From positions 62,001 to 126,000 of the forward strand of contig JALMLS010000374.1 in NCBI GenBank assembly GCA_038496445.1: a stretch of 64,000 bases of DNA, given 5' to 3'. Of the stretch, positions 62,342 through 64,000 are shown one piece after another (positions within the stretch are counted from its first letter, which is position 1; every line of letters begins with the position of its first letter). The notes beneath the pieces are model-generated. The model did no database searches and had not been told where the DNA came from. It saw only the letters and a program-made list of their open reading frames with translations. The position numbers and the translations under genes are program-made. The stretch comes from Trichosphaerium sp. ATCC 40318 (lineage: Eukaryota > Protista > Tubulinea).

Positions 62342-64000
62342 TTATTCGTATGCTAGCATTGTAGATGATTCTTCACTTTGACTTTCTTCATACCAAATAT
62401 CGACAGGTATGTTAGGTATATCATTCTCTGATAATGGCTTTAAAAGTTTGCAAATCTCGTTAAAGTTTGGCCTTTCAAATGGTTCCCAAGCAAAGCAAGA
62501 TTTCATGGTATCACTTAAAACTGGTATACTATGTATAAACTGTGGTTTCACATCTCTAAAAAGAGCAAGGTATTAGTGACATGCGACAAAGAAACGAAGA
62601 AAAATAAGATGAAAAAAAAAAAAAAGAATAACTCACTTTCGTGCTATCATGATTGCCAAATCTATTGGGTTTTCGATATATGTATAAGGTGGTGAGCTAT
62701 GTAGTATTTCATAAAGCACCACACCAAAACTCCAAACCTAGTAAATGTCAATTAAACGAAGAAAAAAAAAAGAAAAAAAAACTCAGAAACAACAAACTAG
62801 AGCTTGTACTCGAACATACATCTGACTTGGCAGAGTAAACATGATCCATTATTGACTCTGGAGGCTAAGGAATATACTATGAGTAAGATATTACCTAAAA
62901 GGCACGTGCCATCCATTTGATAGGTCCAAACTCAATCATAGATTTTCCATATTCAGCACGCTCATCTAGTACACGAGAGTATCCAAAGTCACTTATTTTT
63001 ATCTCGTATCCAGTAGTTAACTAATAAGGTTTTCAATAAAAATAATTGACTAGGTATAATAGAAATGTTTTGAAGAGCAGTAGCGCACCAACACCTAAAA
63101 ATAAGAATAAGTTTAAGCACAATAGCTAATTAATTCAACTGTTTTTTGATTATTGCGTACATTACGACAAGCCAAATCTCTAAAAGTAGTGTTAGATATC
63201 ATTATTACATTATATTTTATAAATCTAGAAGATTTACCTGTGTATAATACCCTCAGAGTGCAAGTGGAGCCTTCACAGAATAAGATATATTCAAAAAAAA
63301 ATACCTATAAATAGTTTGACGCACATGCCTAGTATCGGAGTTAGAAATAGTTTCGTTCGTTGTATGACGTACCGGCTGCTATTCCTCTTATGATCTTTAC
63401 AACTGCAGGATTTGGAATATCCCCTAAGCGTGGGCTATTCAGCAACAAAAGTTTATAAAAACAATTGTTTTCGTACACTTCTTGTTATAGTAGTGATCTT
63501 CAAGACTTCCTTCCTCACAAAACTCCGTTACTACGAAATCGTCAATATTCGATAACAACTCAGTGTGATTTGTGTATACCAATACTAAGTGGAGTCTCCA
63601 TAATACCATAAAAAGTGACCAAATTACGATGTGGTCTTAAATCTCTATAGTTAATCAGAAAAAGTTAAATTACTACACCAACACAAAAAATAGTCAAACA
63701 AACTCTATCGTACACCATGATTTGTGCCTCCTTGTAAAGCTCTTTTTTTTGTTTAACTGTCTTAGCAGAAGCTGTACCAGCTATAAGAAGTTTCTTAACT
63801 GCTACATTAGTCTCCCTCCATAGACCAACATAAACAACCTGAAAGCCTATTAATTCCAACAACCACTTGTTTTTTTCTTCGCTTCCAAATAACGTACACC
63901 ATATGTTCCTCGTCCAAGCTCCTTATCAATCTCAATATCTTTATTATTGATAATCCACCGACGAGCACGTTTACTAAGAAGATGACCAAATGTACCATCT
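62342..64000 (-). CDS. Tyrosine-kinase-like protein kinase, C-terminal part (5' end outside the window)
   Basis: VYVGLWRETNVAVKKL, LRPHRNLVTFYG, VTEF, GIAAGMLHLHSEGIIHRDLACRNVL, KISDFGYSR, GPIKWMPPES, SDVWSFGV, CFAWEPFERPNF. Confidence 0.93.

Noticed and set aside
1-64000. tRNA, rRNA or spliceosomal snRNA genes; alternative genetic code
   Set aside because: None recognised by eye (a covariance search was not possible). Conserved genes translate correctly with the standard code.

Overview
Gene-dense, AT-rich (roughly one-third GC by eye) eukaryotic nuclear DNA with very many short spliceosomal introns (mostly about 40-100 nt). The standard code fits: TAA, TAG and TGA all end genes. The ORF track therefore shows exon fragments, and the gene models below were assembled by hand from splice signals and conserved motifs, so some ends are approximate. 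Gene content suggests a free-living amoebozoan-type protist (inference). Core genes: DDX52/ROK1, RAV1/DMXL, ARPC5, CCT6, a PTEN-like phosphatase, a dual-specificity phosphatase, a TPT/SLC35E-type transporter and a tyrosine-kinase-like kinase. Between them lies a fast-turnover accessory layer: six F-box/LRR genes, an F-box/WD40 gene, an F-box/MORN gene, several decayed F-box/LRR relics, a SPRY-RCC1-PARP fusion and a ~70-aa-repeat protein ending in a PD-(D/E)XK-like nuclease domain. The best candidate for an undescribed system is the F-box/LRR family. Three dispersed copies have diverged first exons and introns but nearly identical coding frameworks, with hypervariable, mosaically shared windows on the predicted LRR binding face. 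Two others vary by repeat-unit shuffling, and silent LRR fragments lie nearby. This looks like a recombination-diversified, SCF-coupled recognition repertoire. Splicing is also unusual: one U12-type intron, 4-nt and 6-nt microexons inside kinase motifs, and several GC-AG introns. The palindrome CACGTG is strongly over-represented, including in introns.
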